A stretch of DNA of 55,823 nucleotides, filler included, from Basidioascus undulatus (GCA_000826855.1; 4 parts of 4 records of this genome joined end to end with filler, not necessarily neighbours in it), one strand, 5' to 3'. Positions 10,521-23,922 are shown, counted from the whole stretch's first letter. Numbers and translations: made by a program. Notes: generated by a model from the letters alone, not told the origin.

Positions 10521-13500
10521 ATGCGGACCCTTCTCCCAACTGCTCTGGTTGCGCTCAGCGCTACGGCTGGCGTGCACGCCGTGCTAGTTGAACATTGGTG
10601 GAACATCTCGTGAGTGCCTCCCGACGTGTTTCTCCCCTTAGAAATCGCTTGCTGAACGTGCTCTTCCGGCCTTGCCCAGGTACGCAACTGCGAATCCGGA
10701 CGGATTGCAAGAGCGTAGGGTCATCGGTGTCAAGCAAGCTTTTTCATTCCCCAACCGTTCATCGACGCAGACTGACGGTAATCTGTAGTGGAACTTGGCC
10801 ACCTCCGCCAATCGAAGTCAATGCGAACGACACACTCCGCGTCCACGCGGTGCGCTTTCCAGGCTCTATACGCAGTTCCGCTTGAGCTAAGAATGTGTTT
10901 TGCAGTACAACGGTCTGGGCAACACTGGCACGGGCTTGCACGCGCACGGCAACTACTTCAACGGCTCCAGTTACTTTGATGGGGCTTCCGGCATCACCCA
11001 ATGGTCCGTAATCTAATCTGACTGAGTACTCTAAGACTCTGCATCTGAACACGAAACGTGCAGTCCTATCCCTCCCGGCGAGACGTTCACTTATGACATC
11101 CCGACGAACTTGCAACGTGAGAATGGATGCCTTGAATGCAACACGCCTGTCACTAACATTTCTGTATTTCTGCACTGAACGCCAGACGGCACCTACTGGA
11201 TTCACGGACACTTTCGTGCGTGGTCCCATCACCTTCGAGCATGTCTTCCTTATCGCTGATGATGTTTGCGCTGGCAACAGAGGGACAGTACGTCGACGGT
11301 CTCCGTGCGCCGGTTGTCATTCATCCCGCGCAAGAGCCGCATCATTACGACGAGGAATACACCGTTGTGCTAGGCGACTGGCAAGTCCCCTCTTCATGTT
11401 TGAAGAGCGCCTGAGATTTGCGCTGGCACCTGCTGACGCTGGTCACCGCGCTGGTAGGTATCATGATGATCACAAGCCATTGGCCGAGTGGTTCATGTCA
11501 TGGAAAAACCCCACAGGTACGTGATCAGGTTCTCCACTCGGTTCTTATGTCCTGATACACCTTCCCGCAGGCGCCGAGCCGGTCGTGCGCAGCTTTATTC
11601 CTTTGAGCGCTGCTTCCATTGATCTCTCTCACAAACCTCGCTTTTGCAGCCCAAGTCAGCTTTGGTATATGTTATGCAAAATGGAACGTATGCTGGCGGA
11701 ACCTCCGGAGTCTCCTCCGGGTCCGTGGTCGGCAACAACGCGACACTTGCTTTCGAGCCGGGCAACATATACCGACTGCGCCTCATCAACACCTCGGCGT
11801 TGGCCATGTTCTGGGTTTGGCTAGATGGGCGTGCGTACACTCTCCCTCTTAAAAGACGCAGGGCCTTCAATCTTACATCGCCCTTGACAGACGACATGAA
11901 GGTCATCGAGGCGGACGGACAGGACGTTGAGGCGTACCCGATCGACGTCGTGCCACTTTCTGTGGCACAGCGGTATTCCGTGCTGGTCACGGCGCGGAAC
12001 GACACATCTTCTAAGTGAGTTTAAATACCTCAGATACCAAACCAGCCCTGCATCTGACAGGCGCCTGCGATGTTAGCTTCGTCCTTCACGCAAACATGAA
12101 CCCGGACGTGGGTCACCAATTTTCTCTTCTTGCTTGGTTTCTTGTGCTCAACTCCCGAGCTTGGTCCTTCCTTTCAGATATTCGACACTGTGCCGGACGA
12201 CCTTCAGCTCAACGTATCCGCAACGATCCAGTACGACGCGTCCGCCCCGCGCGTCGAAGGCACGACCAAGGACAGCATTTCCGACCTCGACGACACGAAG
12301 CTCGTGCCCATCGGAGAGGAGGGTCTTACGCCGGCGGATGTGTCGTACAACTTCCACACGTTCTTCGACACTTTCAGCGACAACACGAACCGAGCTTCTT
12401 GTGAGTAAAAATTTGACATCGGCCAACGGAAAAACGCGCTGATCCGTATATGTCTATCGCAGTCAACAACATGTGAGCGCCGTTGCTCCCCAACCTGTGG
12501 AAGGGGATCGGGTCGCTGACGCAGCGGTTACCAGCACCTTCTCTTTCCCCAAGGTTCCCGCCATCTTCACGCAACAGTCAATGGGTAACGACTCCCTCAA
12601 TCCGCGCGTGTACGGCGCCATGACCCACGCCGTCGTCTTGAAGCATCTCGACAACGTCGAGTTTACTGTTTTCAGTGCGTCTTCAGAAACCCTTCGTTCT
12701 GCGCTGAATCCGTCGTTCTGCGGTGAATTGGAATATTGATATTAATATCCCCATAGACTGGGATGCTGGCTTGTAAGACAGTGCTGTACTGCCATTCCGA
12801 TGATGTTCCACTAATGACGGAAAGGCGATTGCAGCCATCCTTTCCATTTGCACGGTATGTTATAATGGTCTCTTTCCACAGCAAAGGGCGAATCTTTGGG
12901 CCCATCTCAATCCCTTTTGCAGGTCACAAGTTCCAGATTGTCCAGAAGGTCTACGACGTCGACTCGACCGACGTCGCACTCAACCCGCCCCTGGACGAGA
13001 CGCAGGCCAACCCCATGCGACGAGACACCGTCATGGTGCGCTTGTCTATTTCAGGTCTATGGCAGAAAACCCGGACGCTGATGCTCCTTTTTTCACTTGC
13101 AGGTCCCTCCTCAGGGCTTTGTCCGCATGCGTTTCCGCGCTGACAACCCCGGCACATGGATCATGCGTAGGTCCTTTTTTTCGTGCCTAGCTGAACATGG
13201 CCCTTTCCATTTTGATGCGCCCGCTAACATATCCCAAACTATTCGTATCCTGAAGACTGCCACATCGACTGGCATCTGACTTCCGGCCTTGCCATGACCT
13301 TCATCGAGGCACCGGAAGTCTCCCAAGAGCGCCTGCAGCTCCCTCATTTCATGTACGATCAGTGCGAGGCGCAGGGCATCCCGACGACTGGAAATGTTGT
13401 CGGCAAGATGAGCACCATCGACTTCGCTGGGGAGCCGTATGGACCGTGGCCGCAAATCATGGGCTGGACACCTAAGGCGAAGGGCGCTTTCGCCGGGTGC

Positions 13501-13730
13501 ATTATGTGCGTGTCGAGAACAAAATAATCCCGTTGATCCCGGGCACATGCTGATATGAGAGAGTCGCGTACAGCGCGGCGCTCATCGGCATCGGCACTGT
13601 CGTGTGGTACGCCCTCGGCGGGCTGGACGACGCGGAGGTGGAGGAGGAAACGCGGCGCAGGATTGCGGAGAAGGCGGCGCGGAAAGGAGCGATCAAGGGG
13701 TTGGTCGGCAAGCTGAAGGGCGGACAATGA
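10521..13730 (+). CDS. FET3: FET3-type multicopper ferroxidase, ~20 introns (two GC-AG)
   Basis: Signal peptide MRTLLPTALVALSATAGVHA; Cu motifs LHAHG, YWIHGH, HPFHLHGH, HCHIDWHLTSGL (Leu axial); ferroxidase acidic residues retained (GAEPVP, FDTVP, NWDAG, equivalent to yeast E185/D283/D409); C-terminal TM; divergent from FTR1; stop TGA 13728-13730. Confidence 0.95.
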
Positions 13731-13887
13731 GGGCTGGAAGGCCCTTGAAGAGGGGACAAACATTTTGTATTTTTCGGGTATCGAGCGACGTTGTCCGGCA
13801 CTGTGTGAGCCGAGGTGAATCTTTCTCTTCGCATCGCTCGAAGTCATGATGCGTTTCTGGGTTAAATACACAATAATATCCGACACT

Positions 13888-13987
13888 NNNNNNNNNNNNN
13901 NNNNNNNNNNNNNNNNNNNNNNNNNNNNNNNTTAATTAATTAANNNNNNNNNNNNNNNNNNNNNNNNNNNNNNNNNNNNNNNNNNNN
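13888..13987. other. Artificial contig-joining spacer
   Basis: 44 N + TTAATTAATTAA (stops in all six frames) + 44 N. Confidence 0.99.
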
Positions 13988-16171
13988 ACCCTCAGGCCCT
14001 CCTCCGACTCCTAATGCAGATCTCCGACTCGCTCACGCGTCGATGGCCTCCTCGGGCTTGCCCCCGTTCGCAAGCGTCGCGCCGAGCCTGTTCCAGAGCA
14101 GCCAGTCCTATCCCCCACCGCACGCCGCATCCAATCAGCCACCCCCTCCATTATTTTCACAGGCACTTTGCACGTTTCCCGACTTACCTCCGGCCGCGCG
14201 CCCAGCGCCGCAGCGAAGCAGTCGCGCGCCTGGTCGTAGTTGCCCGTCGAGTACGACAGGACGCCGAGGCCGACCTGAACGTCCGGGTCGAGCTCGCCCG
14301 TTGACTGCGCGCGCGCGACGGACAGGAAGATGTCCGTCACGCGCTCGTGCGACGCCCAGGGGTTCAGGCTCGCCGACGGCGGCGCCGCGGAGGGCGCCTT
14401 CGCCAGCGTCGGGTACTTACGCGTGATCCACCGCTCGAGAGTGGACGTCGCGGCAGTGTCGTAGCCTGTTCAGGGCCGCACATGAATGACTGCGCAATAC
14501 GTTGGGAGAGAAAGAAGGAAGCACACCTTCGTTGGTGTACGAGACCGCAAGGGACTGATCAAGGCCGTCCGTCAGCGCTCATCCCTCACGGTAGCAAAGT
14601 ACAGCATGCAGACATACAATAAGCGCCTCAAGCTTCCCCTCGTCCTCGCGCAGGCAGCGCTCGAGCGCCCGGATCGCAGCCTCCTCCTTCTCGTCCATCG
14701 CGCGCGTGTTACCGAGCCACAGCCACGCCTCGGCGTTGCTTGGCTCGCGCTGCGCGGCCGCCTCGAACGCGAGCGCCGCTTCCGAGAGCGCCCCGCCCGT
14801 GCGGAGGAGGCGGTGACCCTCGGTGAGAGGATCGGGGTGCGAGAGGTAGGGGTTGTTTAATTCTGCGGTCCCGGTATCTCAGTCAGCTTCCGTAGGGCAG
14901 ACAATTCAAAGAGGTCAGAAGCGACGCACCGAAGCGGTACTCCCCCAGCCTGGGGAAGCCGTCCTCCCCGACCCTGCCGAGCCCGTCCTCCATGTCCTCC
15001 CGCACGCGCGCCATCTCGCCCGAAAATTCGCGCTCCCAGTCGGCGAGGTTCGGGTTCGACGCCTCGCCCTCCTGCCGGAGCGTGTTCCAGACGTTCTCGA
15101 ACTCGGCGAGGTAGTCCGGGTCCTTCTCGACGTCGAGCCCCTCCTTCTTGAGCGCATCCTTGAACGCAGCCTCCAGCGCTTTGTCCTCGTCCACCGCGGC
15201 AATCCTGGTGGCAGAGGCGGAGACGGCGGCGGGCTCGGCCGTGGAGGTGAACTGCGCGAACTGCTCCTCCCACTTGGAGTCGTCGAGCTCGACGAGCCGC
15301 GCCTTGCCCTTCCCCTTCGCGTTGTGCATTGTAAAATGCTGGTCCCAGTTGAAGGAGCGGTTGAACGCCTGCTCGAACGCGGCGCTGTGCGGGCCCGCGG
15401 CGGTCGCGGGCGTGATGTGCTGCTGGTTCTGGAGGAAGTCGGCGCGCCAGGCGGCTAGACCGGTCCAACTTGGTTGGTACAACGTAGATACCCATTGGTC
15501 TCAGAGATAATACGCACACTGGTGTTGAGCTACGTGGTGCGCCTCGTGCAGCTTCGCCTCCTGGAACGAGCGCTCCATCGCCTCGCGCTCCTGCGGCGTC
15601 AGGCCGGGCGTCTGTGCGGCGGTCCACGGCGAGCCGGCGCGGGTAAAGTCGCCCGCCCAGTCACCTACCCAACGCCCTAAAGGTAAGAAAAGCGCATCCC
15701 AAATTCGAATAGTCAGGCATGCCCAACGCACCTGCTCGCGGCGCCGGCCCAGCACCAATGCCGTCCAGCTCCCGCCTCATGCTCTCGAGCGCGAACGGGC
15801 TCGGCGAGGCCGACGGACCCGGCCCGGCCTGGAAGAACTGGTCTGCCAGGGTGCGGTCGCGAGCGTCAAGAGGGGCGGCTGAGGAGGTCGAGGGGAGGTG
15901 GCGAAGCTGTGGGTGCAGAGGGTGAGCAACCGAGTTGAGATGGGCTTGAGAGCTGAGGGGTTATGTCCGTACCGAAGCACCGGGGGCTCCAGGGACCATG
16001 CGATCCTGTTCACCCAAAGTCTTCAGAAACGATGCATGGGGAATGCACGTCAAAAAGAATGCCCACCCGCTGGAGGGACCGGTCCTGCTCGGTGTGCTTC
16101 AGCATCTGCGAGAGCGGGTTGGCGGAAGTGGAGCAGTCTGCGCCGCCGCTCATCATAGCTTGGAATGCCAT
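13988..16171 (-). CDS. PEX5: Peroxisomal PTS1 receptor Pex5, 3'-truncated by contig end
   Basis: N-terminus MAFQAMMSGGADCSTSANPLSQMLKH with conserved Cys; WxxxF motifs (WAGDF, WRADF, WDQHF, WEEQF, WEREF); TPRs (DPDVQVGLGVLSYSTGNYDQARDCF, LLWNRLGATLANGGKPEEAIDA). Confidence 0.95.
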
Positions 16172-16495
16172 CGCTGCAGGTTCTATGCGGATATGGCTTT
16201 GAATTCGATGGAGAAAGTGTATAAGCTGGTGGCTGTGGATGTGCGAGGAGATGGAAGTCGGGTTCAAGCAAGGGTGAAGGCGGCGGCGACGGGAAGCCGT
16301 CCAAGCCCGGCGTCGGAACAGCCGGTCCGTCAGCGAACTGTACAATGCAATTGCCAAATAATTGATACTTCCACGCGAGATCTGGATGCGCCTTGAGTTG
16401 CCGCTTGTTCTCCTCTCACGCTATACTTTGATCTTGACATTTCTCTTCCTCCTTGATCCTCTATTCTTAACCGGAGCGCACACTGCGCGGCCGTC

Positions 16496-19400
16496 ATGGA
16501 CCGCCAGCCGCCCTCGCCCCTGGCAGCAGCAAGAATCGCGCTCCCCGCCTCACCCGCATCCTCCGGCTCCCTCTCCTCGACCTCCCCCGGCCTGGCCTTC
16601 CAGCGCCGGCCTACGATCTCACCCGCATCCTCCACCGCTTCTTTACGACCCCGATCGCGCCGGAGCACGTCTGCGAGCTTACTCTCTCAGATTCAGACCG
16701 GCGTGACGCCTGATGAGGCCCCGCCGCTCAGCCCGAGAGCGAGGAGACTGAGGGACTGGGAGGCCGCGGAGGCTGCTAGGGAGCGCGACCCGGATGATAC
16801 ATTGTGCGTTCTCTCCGAAGTGCTTGATATATGCGTGGTGAAATGGACTGAGCAGTGCCGCACCACCAGCTACCGAAACGTCTTAGTCCGGCTCGACGAG
16901 CCTATCGGATCGATGTCCATGAGCCCGTACAATCGCGATGTCGTTCTCGCCGCGTTAGTCCTATCAGATTTACTCCGAGTCCCTCTGCTTGACTGAGTCT
17001 CTGCCTACAGCCGCAAAGGCCTCTTTATCCTCGACCTGTCCTCCCCGTACGACGCGCCCCGCTTCCTTCCCCAAGGCGGGAACTGGGAAGTAGCCGGTGC
17101 GCCCCTCCCCTCCCCCCCTTCCCCTCCCATCCACCTCTCACCCCCTCGCAGACATCCAATGGAACCCGCACCCGTCCCACGCGCCCCTCATCGCCTCCAC
17201 CTCCAACACCAAGCTCCTCATTTGGAACCTCGAAGCCGCGTCCGGGCGCGGTTCGATCGAGCATGTCCTGCACGCGCACCAGCGCGCGATAACCGACATC
17301 AATTGGCACCCGTTTGCGGGGACACGCGTCGCCTCCTGTGGGATGGACGGATGGGTGTGGGAGTGGGACTTGCGCATCGGCGGGTCGAGGCCTGTTATGG
17401 GGCTGTGCGACTGGTCCGGTGCGTGGCTTCGTGAGAGGATGAGAAGACAACCGGGCTGATGGGATGCGGGAGGACAGCTGGGGCGACGCAGGTCAAGTGG
17501 AACAGGAAGGACGGGCACCTGCTTGCGTCCTCACACGGCAGCGTCGTGCACGTCTGGGACGACCGCGTACGCGCTCCCCCGCCGCTCACCATCTCCGCAC
17601 CCCGATAACACCCCTCCCGCCCACACAGAAAGGCTCCCACCCGCTCACGACAATCCAAGCGCACGCTTCGCGGACCTACGGGCTCGACTGGTCCCGCCGC
17701 TCCCGCTCGCAGCTCATCACCTCCTCGCTCGACCGCTCCATCAAGCTCTTCGACCTCTCCGTGCCCCTTCCCCCCACGTCCACGACGCCCTCGGCCTCCC
17801 TCCTCTCCGCTTCGCGCCTCCCCGAATTTGCGCCCCGCGTCGATACCCCCCAGTGGGCGCTACGGCTGCAGCAGCCCGCCCTCCGCGCACGCCATCTGCC
17901 GTTTGGCGAGGGCGTCATGAGCATTGCGCAGAGGGGCGAGAACAGCGTGCAGATGTGGGGTGTGAGGGACGGGAAGGCGGAGGAGGCGCCGGCGTGGTCG
18001 TTTAGGGGCCATGAGGGGCAGATCAAGGAGTGCGGAGGAGGAAGCAGTTCGAGCTGAGCGATGGGTCCATAGCTGACTTGGAGCGTACCCCAGGTTCGTC
18101 TGGCGCACGCGTGGCGGACAGGATCTCGACTTCGGTGAGCAACGTCGATATCGTTTCGCGACATGCTAGATCGCTCACAAGACCATTTTTGCAGACGATC
18201 GCGAAGTAAGAGGCGCTTCAGGACGGCTGGGCACCCGTGCAGTCCCTCACTGACATGTCTTCGCCCTCCAGTTCCAGCTCATCACCTGGTCGAAAGACCG
18301 CACCCTCAGGCTATGGCCCATCGATCGCGAGCTAACAAAGGTGGGTCTCTTCCTCTTTCTCTTCCATTTGTCTCCATGCATATTCATTCCGTGTCCCCCG
18401 GATCAGCTGGTCGGCCACGAACCCGGCGGGAAGATCGACGTGCTCTTCACGCGGCGGTCCACCGACTCGGTCTCCTACCGCAAGCCGACCACGCCTCCCC
18501 CCACGGCCACCCGGCCCTCCGCAACAGTCACCGCGCCGACGCGTCCGGGCGGGGGGAGCTCCAGCTTCTTCCGGGTCCCGGGCGCGCCGTCGACCTCCCC
18601 GCCCCGCCCATCCTCCGCGCACAGCCGGAGCGAGTCGATCGTGCACTCGCGCTCGCGCGGGCCGCGCGCCGTCCCCCCGCCGCGTCTGCCGGGCGTGGCG
18701 CAGCTCAAGACCGTCTCGCAGCGCGAGACGGGCGGGTCGTTCATGACGCGCGGGCCGGCGGCGGGGAAGGCCATGCGGCAGGGGTACGACCAGGTGGACT
18801 GGCTCAAGCACGTCGCGATTGAGCGGGACGACCCGGGGCAGCCCGGGAGCGGGAACACGTCCGCGGGAGAGAGCGCGCCGGGGAGGTCCAGGATGCCGAG
18901 CCTTGCCAGGGGCGCGATTGGGGATCGGGACGCGACGGCTTGGGCTAGGAGAAGCACCAGCACGGGACCGAGGAGGAGTTCGAGCATGGAGAGGTCAGGA
19001 ACGTTTGGGGATAGCGACCCGCAGGACCTTGGGCAGGAGTCAGTTGGCTTCCTTGGATCTGTTCGGTGGCAGGCGCTGATTCGCTGTTGGCGCGTGCAGG
19101 TTGATGGCCGTCACGCAGCGCTACGCCAAGCACCCGCGGATCCGGTTCGAGAAGGTATCTCGCGGGCACGCGGACCTTGAAAATCCTCGGAAAGCGAAGC
19201 TGACTTGCTATCGGAATGAGCAGATCGACGTCGGCAGCCGCACCTGCACGGTCGCCTGCACAACCGTCATCGACGGGCAGTCGATCCTCCTGCGCGCGAC
19301 GTTCACCTTCCCCTCGGGGTACCCACAGTCGGACGACGACTCGGCGAACCCGACCGTCGAGCTCGAGCGCAACGCGGCGCTCACGCTCGCCACGCGCGCG

Positions 19401-22113
19401 TCGATCCTGCGGCAGCTCCGGACGCTGCGCCAGACGCGACGGCCGTGCCTCGACGCTTGCGTTCGCTTCTTGGCCGGCATCGAGGACGCGCAGGAACGCT
19501 TCGGCGTGGGCGTGTGGGAGGACGACTCGGACGAGGAGGACGGGAGCGTGCGCGGTGGCCGCCTCGGCACGTCCACTATCCTCGCTGGGAACGTCCCGAC
19601 GCCGCGGACGTGCGGCGCGACCTTCGGACCTGACGGTGAGGGTTCTTTTCATCTAGTCGTTCGTATCGCTGCATGACCTGACGCTCATTCACTTCACGCA
19701 GGCCAACTCGTCTGTTTCTTCCCGCCTGCGCTCGTCGGGCGTAAACCCTTGCACTCGCGCTCGCCTTCCACGTCCACCAATCGCAGCCGCGTCGTGCGAA
19801 AGCAGCTGTACTCCTCCATCGGCGTCCTTTCCAAAGCTATCGCTGGCCTTTCGCGTCTCGCCAATGCCGGCGACGGACAGGGGCCGATCCGGAAAGTCGA
19901 GCCGATGCTGTACATGGAGCCTGTGCTCGGGCGTCGTCGTGTAAGTGTACATAAACCTTTTCTTTCCAGACACACCTGCAGAGTCGCTGACAAACACGGC
20001 ATAGCTCCGTTCGCCGACGCGCGATTCGCAAACGTCCGGTGGGGGCGACCGCAGCTCCATCGACCGGGGCGCGAGCGCGTTCCTACTCAACCGCACTGTC
20101 CACATCCACCCGCTCCCCACGCCCTCCTCGCGCGCCCTTGCATCCGAGTTCCGGGTGCAGGGTGCGCCGCCAGCCGAGCTGTGCGTGCACAACGCGCGCG
20201 TCGCGTGCCGCCATGGCCGGCCGGACCTTGAGCGCATCTGGGCCAGCCTCGCGGTCATCTTGGCGTCGAGCGTGCCCGTCGCTATCATGGTGGATGCCCA
20301 TGGCCGCAAGGCTGCGACGAGGGCGGTGGAGGACGAGGAGGGAAGCGCGGTCCTGAAGCGCGCGGAATGGGGGTTCCACCCGATGGGGAGGGCGCTCGTG
20401 GACAGCTTGTAAGCGACCCCCCGGTTCGGTCTTTGCGTCTGAAGATAGAGCTGACTGTCAGGTTCGGATAGCTTCGCTCACTTGCGAAATCTGCGCGATG
20501 CGCAGATGCTCGCTCTGCTTTCTTGCGTTCTGGCAGATCCGCACGTTCCCAAAGGTGCGAGCCAACTCCGTCCATGCAGGCGAGCGCACTGACTCAGAAG
20601 CATGTGCAGATCGCGCTGCTCTTCCATCCACGGCGGTCATCAAGCCGGTCTCATCAGTCGCCTCGGCCACAGACTACTTCTCGCTGCGCCCCCGCAGCGG
20701 TCCTCCTCTTCCCGTCATCACGCCATCCGGCGCCTGGCACTCGCCTGCCCCTTACTTTCCGAACAGTCCCACCGGGGCGCCGTCCTTATCTTCCGGCAAG
20801 GGATCGTGGTCGGCCTTCTTCAACAACAGCAGCTTCGGCGGCCTGCGCTCAGCCGGCACACCTCCGTCTGGTGCGCGGGCGTCGTTCGACAGCATCCCGC
20901 CCCTCCCCACATCCGCTACTCTTCCTGATTTCTCTCTCCGCTCCGAATCAATCCCCGTCCCTCGTCGCACGGCAACTGGCCTCGATCCGAGTCCGCGCAC
21001 CGGTCGAGGCAAGCGCGTCCGGCACGACAGCACTCTCGCCTCGCACGCCAACTCGCCGCCGCTGACGACGCATCCACTCAAGTCCGAGTCGGGCGGCTCG
21101 CGACAGGGCGGCGGAGGTGGCTCTAGCCTCGGCCCGTCCAGCCCGCGTCAGTCCAGGTTGCAAAGCGTTACTACGACCCCGAAGCCGATAAGCCGCGGTC
21201 GGGTGGTAAAGACCGAATCGCGATTCGAAGATCCGGACAGCGAGAAATCGTGTGTCCATTTTTGTTCCTTGCGCGTTTAACCATGGCGGCCGCCCGATCT
21301 AACATCGCCGGTGTGCAGGCCTGCGGTGGTGTCTCTGCTGGATCCCGCCCTTTCGGCGCAGTTTGACATCCACCGCCTCTCGTACGCCAGCATGCTCTAC
21401 CGCTGGCAGCTTCTCAACCAGCGAGCCGAGATCCTCAAGTCCGTTGCCGCATCGCATCAGCCGCGCGAGGAGGGCCAGCCCATATGGGTCCGCCTCGATG
21501 CCGACGAGGGGCGGGATGGCGCGCAGCTGGGTACGTTTTCCTGCGGTGCCGCTCTTGTTAGCTTTGGCTTATGCATCTGCCCTCGCAGAGATTCGCGCAG
21601 CGATTGGGGATGATGACAAGGGGCGTCGCCCGGATGCGTCTCACGTCCTTTGCATCGTCTGCCATCTGCCCATCAAAGGTGCGGCTACTTCGTCTGCTCT
21701 TGTTCCTGCGAAGACATCATTCTGAAGTGAATGATTTACTAGGCCTTACGCAAGGCTGCCTCATCTGCCAACACGCTTCGCATTCTTCCTGCTTCTCGGC
21801 TTACTTCGCCTCGGCTGGCCTCGACGGCGAATGCCCCACTGGCTGCGGCTGTCAATGTCTCGCGAACGCGGGTGCCGCCGGCGTGCTGCAGCTGACGGAG
21901 GCTGAAGTATCGCCGTCGTCTTCTGTTGCAGACGAGAATGACGATGCCGGCGATGGAGACATGCGGGGCGAGGGGACGGGTGTGAGCGGCTTCTGGGGCA
22001 TGAGCGGATGGGGCTTCAACCCGTCGGGCATTGGCTTTGGTGCGGGCGTAGGAGCGGGTGACGACGCGAATGAGTTGTGGAGATCGCGGTTGAGCCGGGC
22101 GGGCGGAGGATGA
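16496..22113 (+). CDS. MTC5: SEACAT/GATOR2 subunit Mtc5/Sea3/WDR59 (WD40 + RWD + C-terminal RING-like Zn finger)
   Basis: WD40 repeats (ADIQWNPHP, HQRAITDINWHP, DDREFQLITWSKDRTLRLWP), RWD-like LRATFTFPSGYP, PTPRTCGATFGPDGQLVCFF, DAQMLALLSCVL, C-terminal CIVCHLPIKG...CQHASHSSC...CPTGCGCQC; stop TGA 22111-22113. Confidence 0.9.
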
Positions 22114-22523
22114 TATTATATTCCTTAACGATCACGCGTGCTCTGCTTATGTTAATGGGGTGAAAGCCGATTGTCTTCCGCCAAGAGGTAAACCGGCAAT
22201 GTTCGTAGTGCCGATGTCCGCCTGGCCGCTAGCGCCATTAAAAAGACTTATGGACAGACATTACTGCAAACCCCAATGCGCAGCCAAAATCTCTACTAAT
22301 AACATTCCAATGTAATGCGGGGTATAATATGCTGGTCTGCTGTTGGGATTGAATAATGCGAAGCCTATGTAATAGGGGACCGTCCGACGAAGAGTGTATT
22401 CTGTTGGCATCACACAATATCAGCATCATGGCAGCATAGGAAGGCGTCTACGCGTACGAGTGTACGCGTAACGCTGGAGACCAGGAGCTCCGTCCGGCAG
22501 GAATGCTCATGCGCACCTTCAAG

Positions 22524-23922
22524 TCAGTCCATTTGCCCATTGCTCCCTTCCTCGTCCCTCGGAGAGGGTGTCTCCGAACCAGCGCCCGCTGAATCGTCCG
22601 GATCTGGCGGGTAGTTCGTGTCGAGTGGTGCCGAAGTGTACAAAACTGAGGGTCGGTACACCTGCGCAGTGTCGCTGTCGCCGAGCGCGCCGGAAGCCTG
22701 TGCCGCCCCTTGGCCGGCAGGGGTTCTGCCCGCATTGCGATGGCTCTGTCGCCGATTCTGCATCCATATTCGAATCTGTAGGAGGATAGCGGTGTTGACT
22801 ACGAAGGTGCGAACATGGGAGAATGAGCCTGCAGAGTCCGAGCCAAGCTCACCTGATGCACGCTCATGCCCACCCTCTCAGCAAGCTCTGCACGTTCCTC
22901 AATGGAAGGGAAGGGGTTCCGTTCGAAAGCCTGTTTAAATTTATTTTGGCACTTCAGAAAAGATTCGATGTAAACGACAAAAGAGAACGCACAGAGGTGA
23001 GCACGGTAACCTGCTCGGGCGTCGCCCGTTTCCGTTTCGCTTTGATGGGCGCTTCGCCCGAGCATGGATAGGAGGCTGCTGGACAAGGGGGGGAGTATAA
23101 CGTCCGCTGTGCCGTGGACTGTATAGCCATGGACGGTACGCCCGATACGGTCTCGTGCGCGGAAAGGGTGGGAGACGCCGACCTCGATGAGGGGTGCAAC
23201 GTTGGCGGTGCGGCTGTCCAGCTCGGCGACTGACTCGCCGGCCAAGTCCCATGAGAAGATGGACCGGCGACTTTATGTACGGGATCTGAAGGCGGCAATG
23301 GCGGTAGAACTGGCCGTGAGAGGTGGTACGCATCTGTTCTTCCCGGTAAAGGACTGCGTCAGGAACCAAAGCCCCCCGGATTCCGACCCCTCGGTTCGCC
23401 CATCCCGGTCGCTCTTCCCATTCTCTTTTCAGTGACAACGGAAATTACCTGACCTGAAAAAATCCTCGACCCGTCTTCAGTCTCAACCGCTCCTCCGCTC
23501 CAAGCGGTCCAATCTCCTGCGTCAAGGTCCTGCCCGGGCGCAATAGGCGACCGTCCTGCTGGCCTCGCCGTAGACTCGCCGTGGGGTGTGGTAGTCCACG
23601 CGGGATTGGCCAACGGGGCAACGGGAAGCAGGGGGGGCGGTGGATGGTAGGAGGGTGTATCGGTGGGAAGGGGAGGCGAGGCGACATTGGCAGGACGGGA
23701 GAAGGCGGATAGGGACGCCTGGAAGTAGTAGGGGGTGACGTCGGTCGGAGTAGCAGTCGTCGGTGGGGGAAGGACGATGTGTGAGCGTCGGATTTCGCCG
23801 TCTCCGTTTGCTGATCCGCCGTTAATGGCGAATCGAGCGAACGGAAGGTGGTTGACGGGGACACCTGGGCAGGGCGCGCCGGCGCGCTCAAACCCCTCGG
23901 CGCCATCGTGGTCGTCGTCCAT
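22524..23922 (-). CDS. Homeodomain transcription factor
   Basis: Spliced homeodomain KAKRKRATPEQVTVLTS|AFERNPFPSIEERAELAERVGMSVHQ|IRIWMQNRRQSHR across two GT-AG introns; Pro/Ser-rich N-terminal part. First-exon junction (about 23360-23470) is less certain. Confidence 0.82.

Noticed and set aside
10521..13730. Laccase call for the multicopper oxidase
   Set aside because: Fe-binding acidic residues, C-terminal TM and head-to-head FTR1 indicate a Fet3 ferroxidase.
13932..13943. TTAATTAATTAA repeated three times at ~14-kb spacing as a biological repeat
   Set aside because: Always centred in N-runs; it is a six-frame-stop linker added during concatenation.
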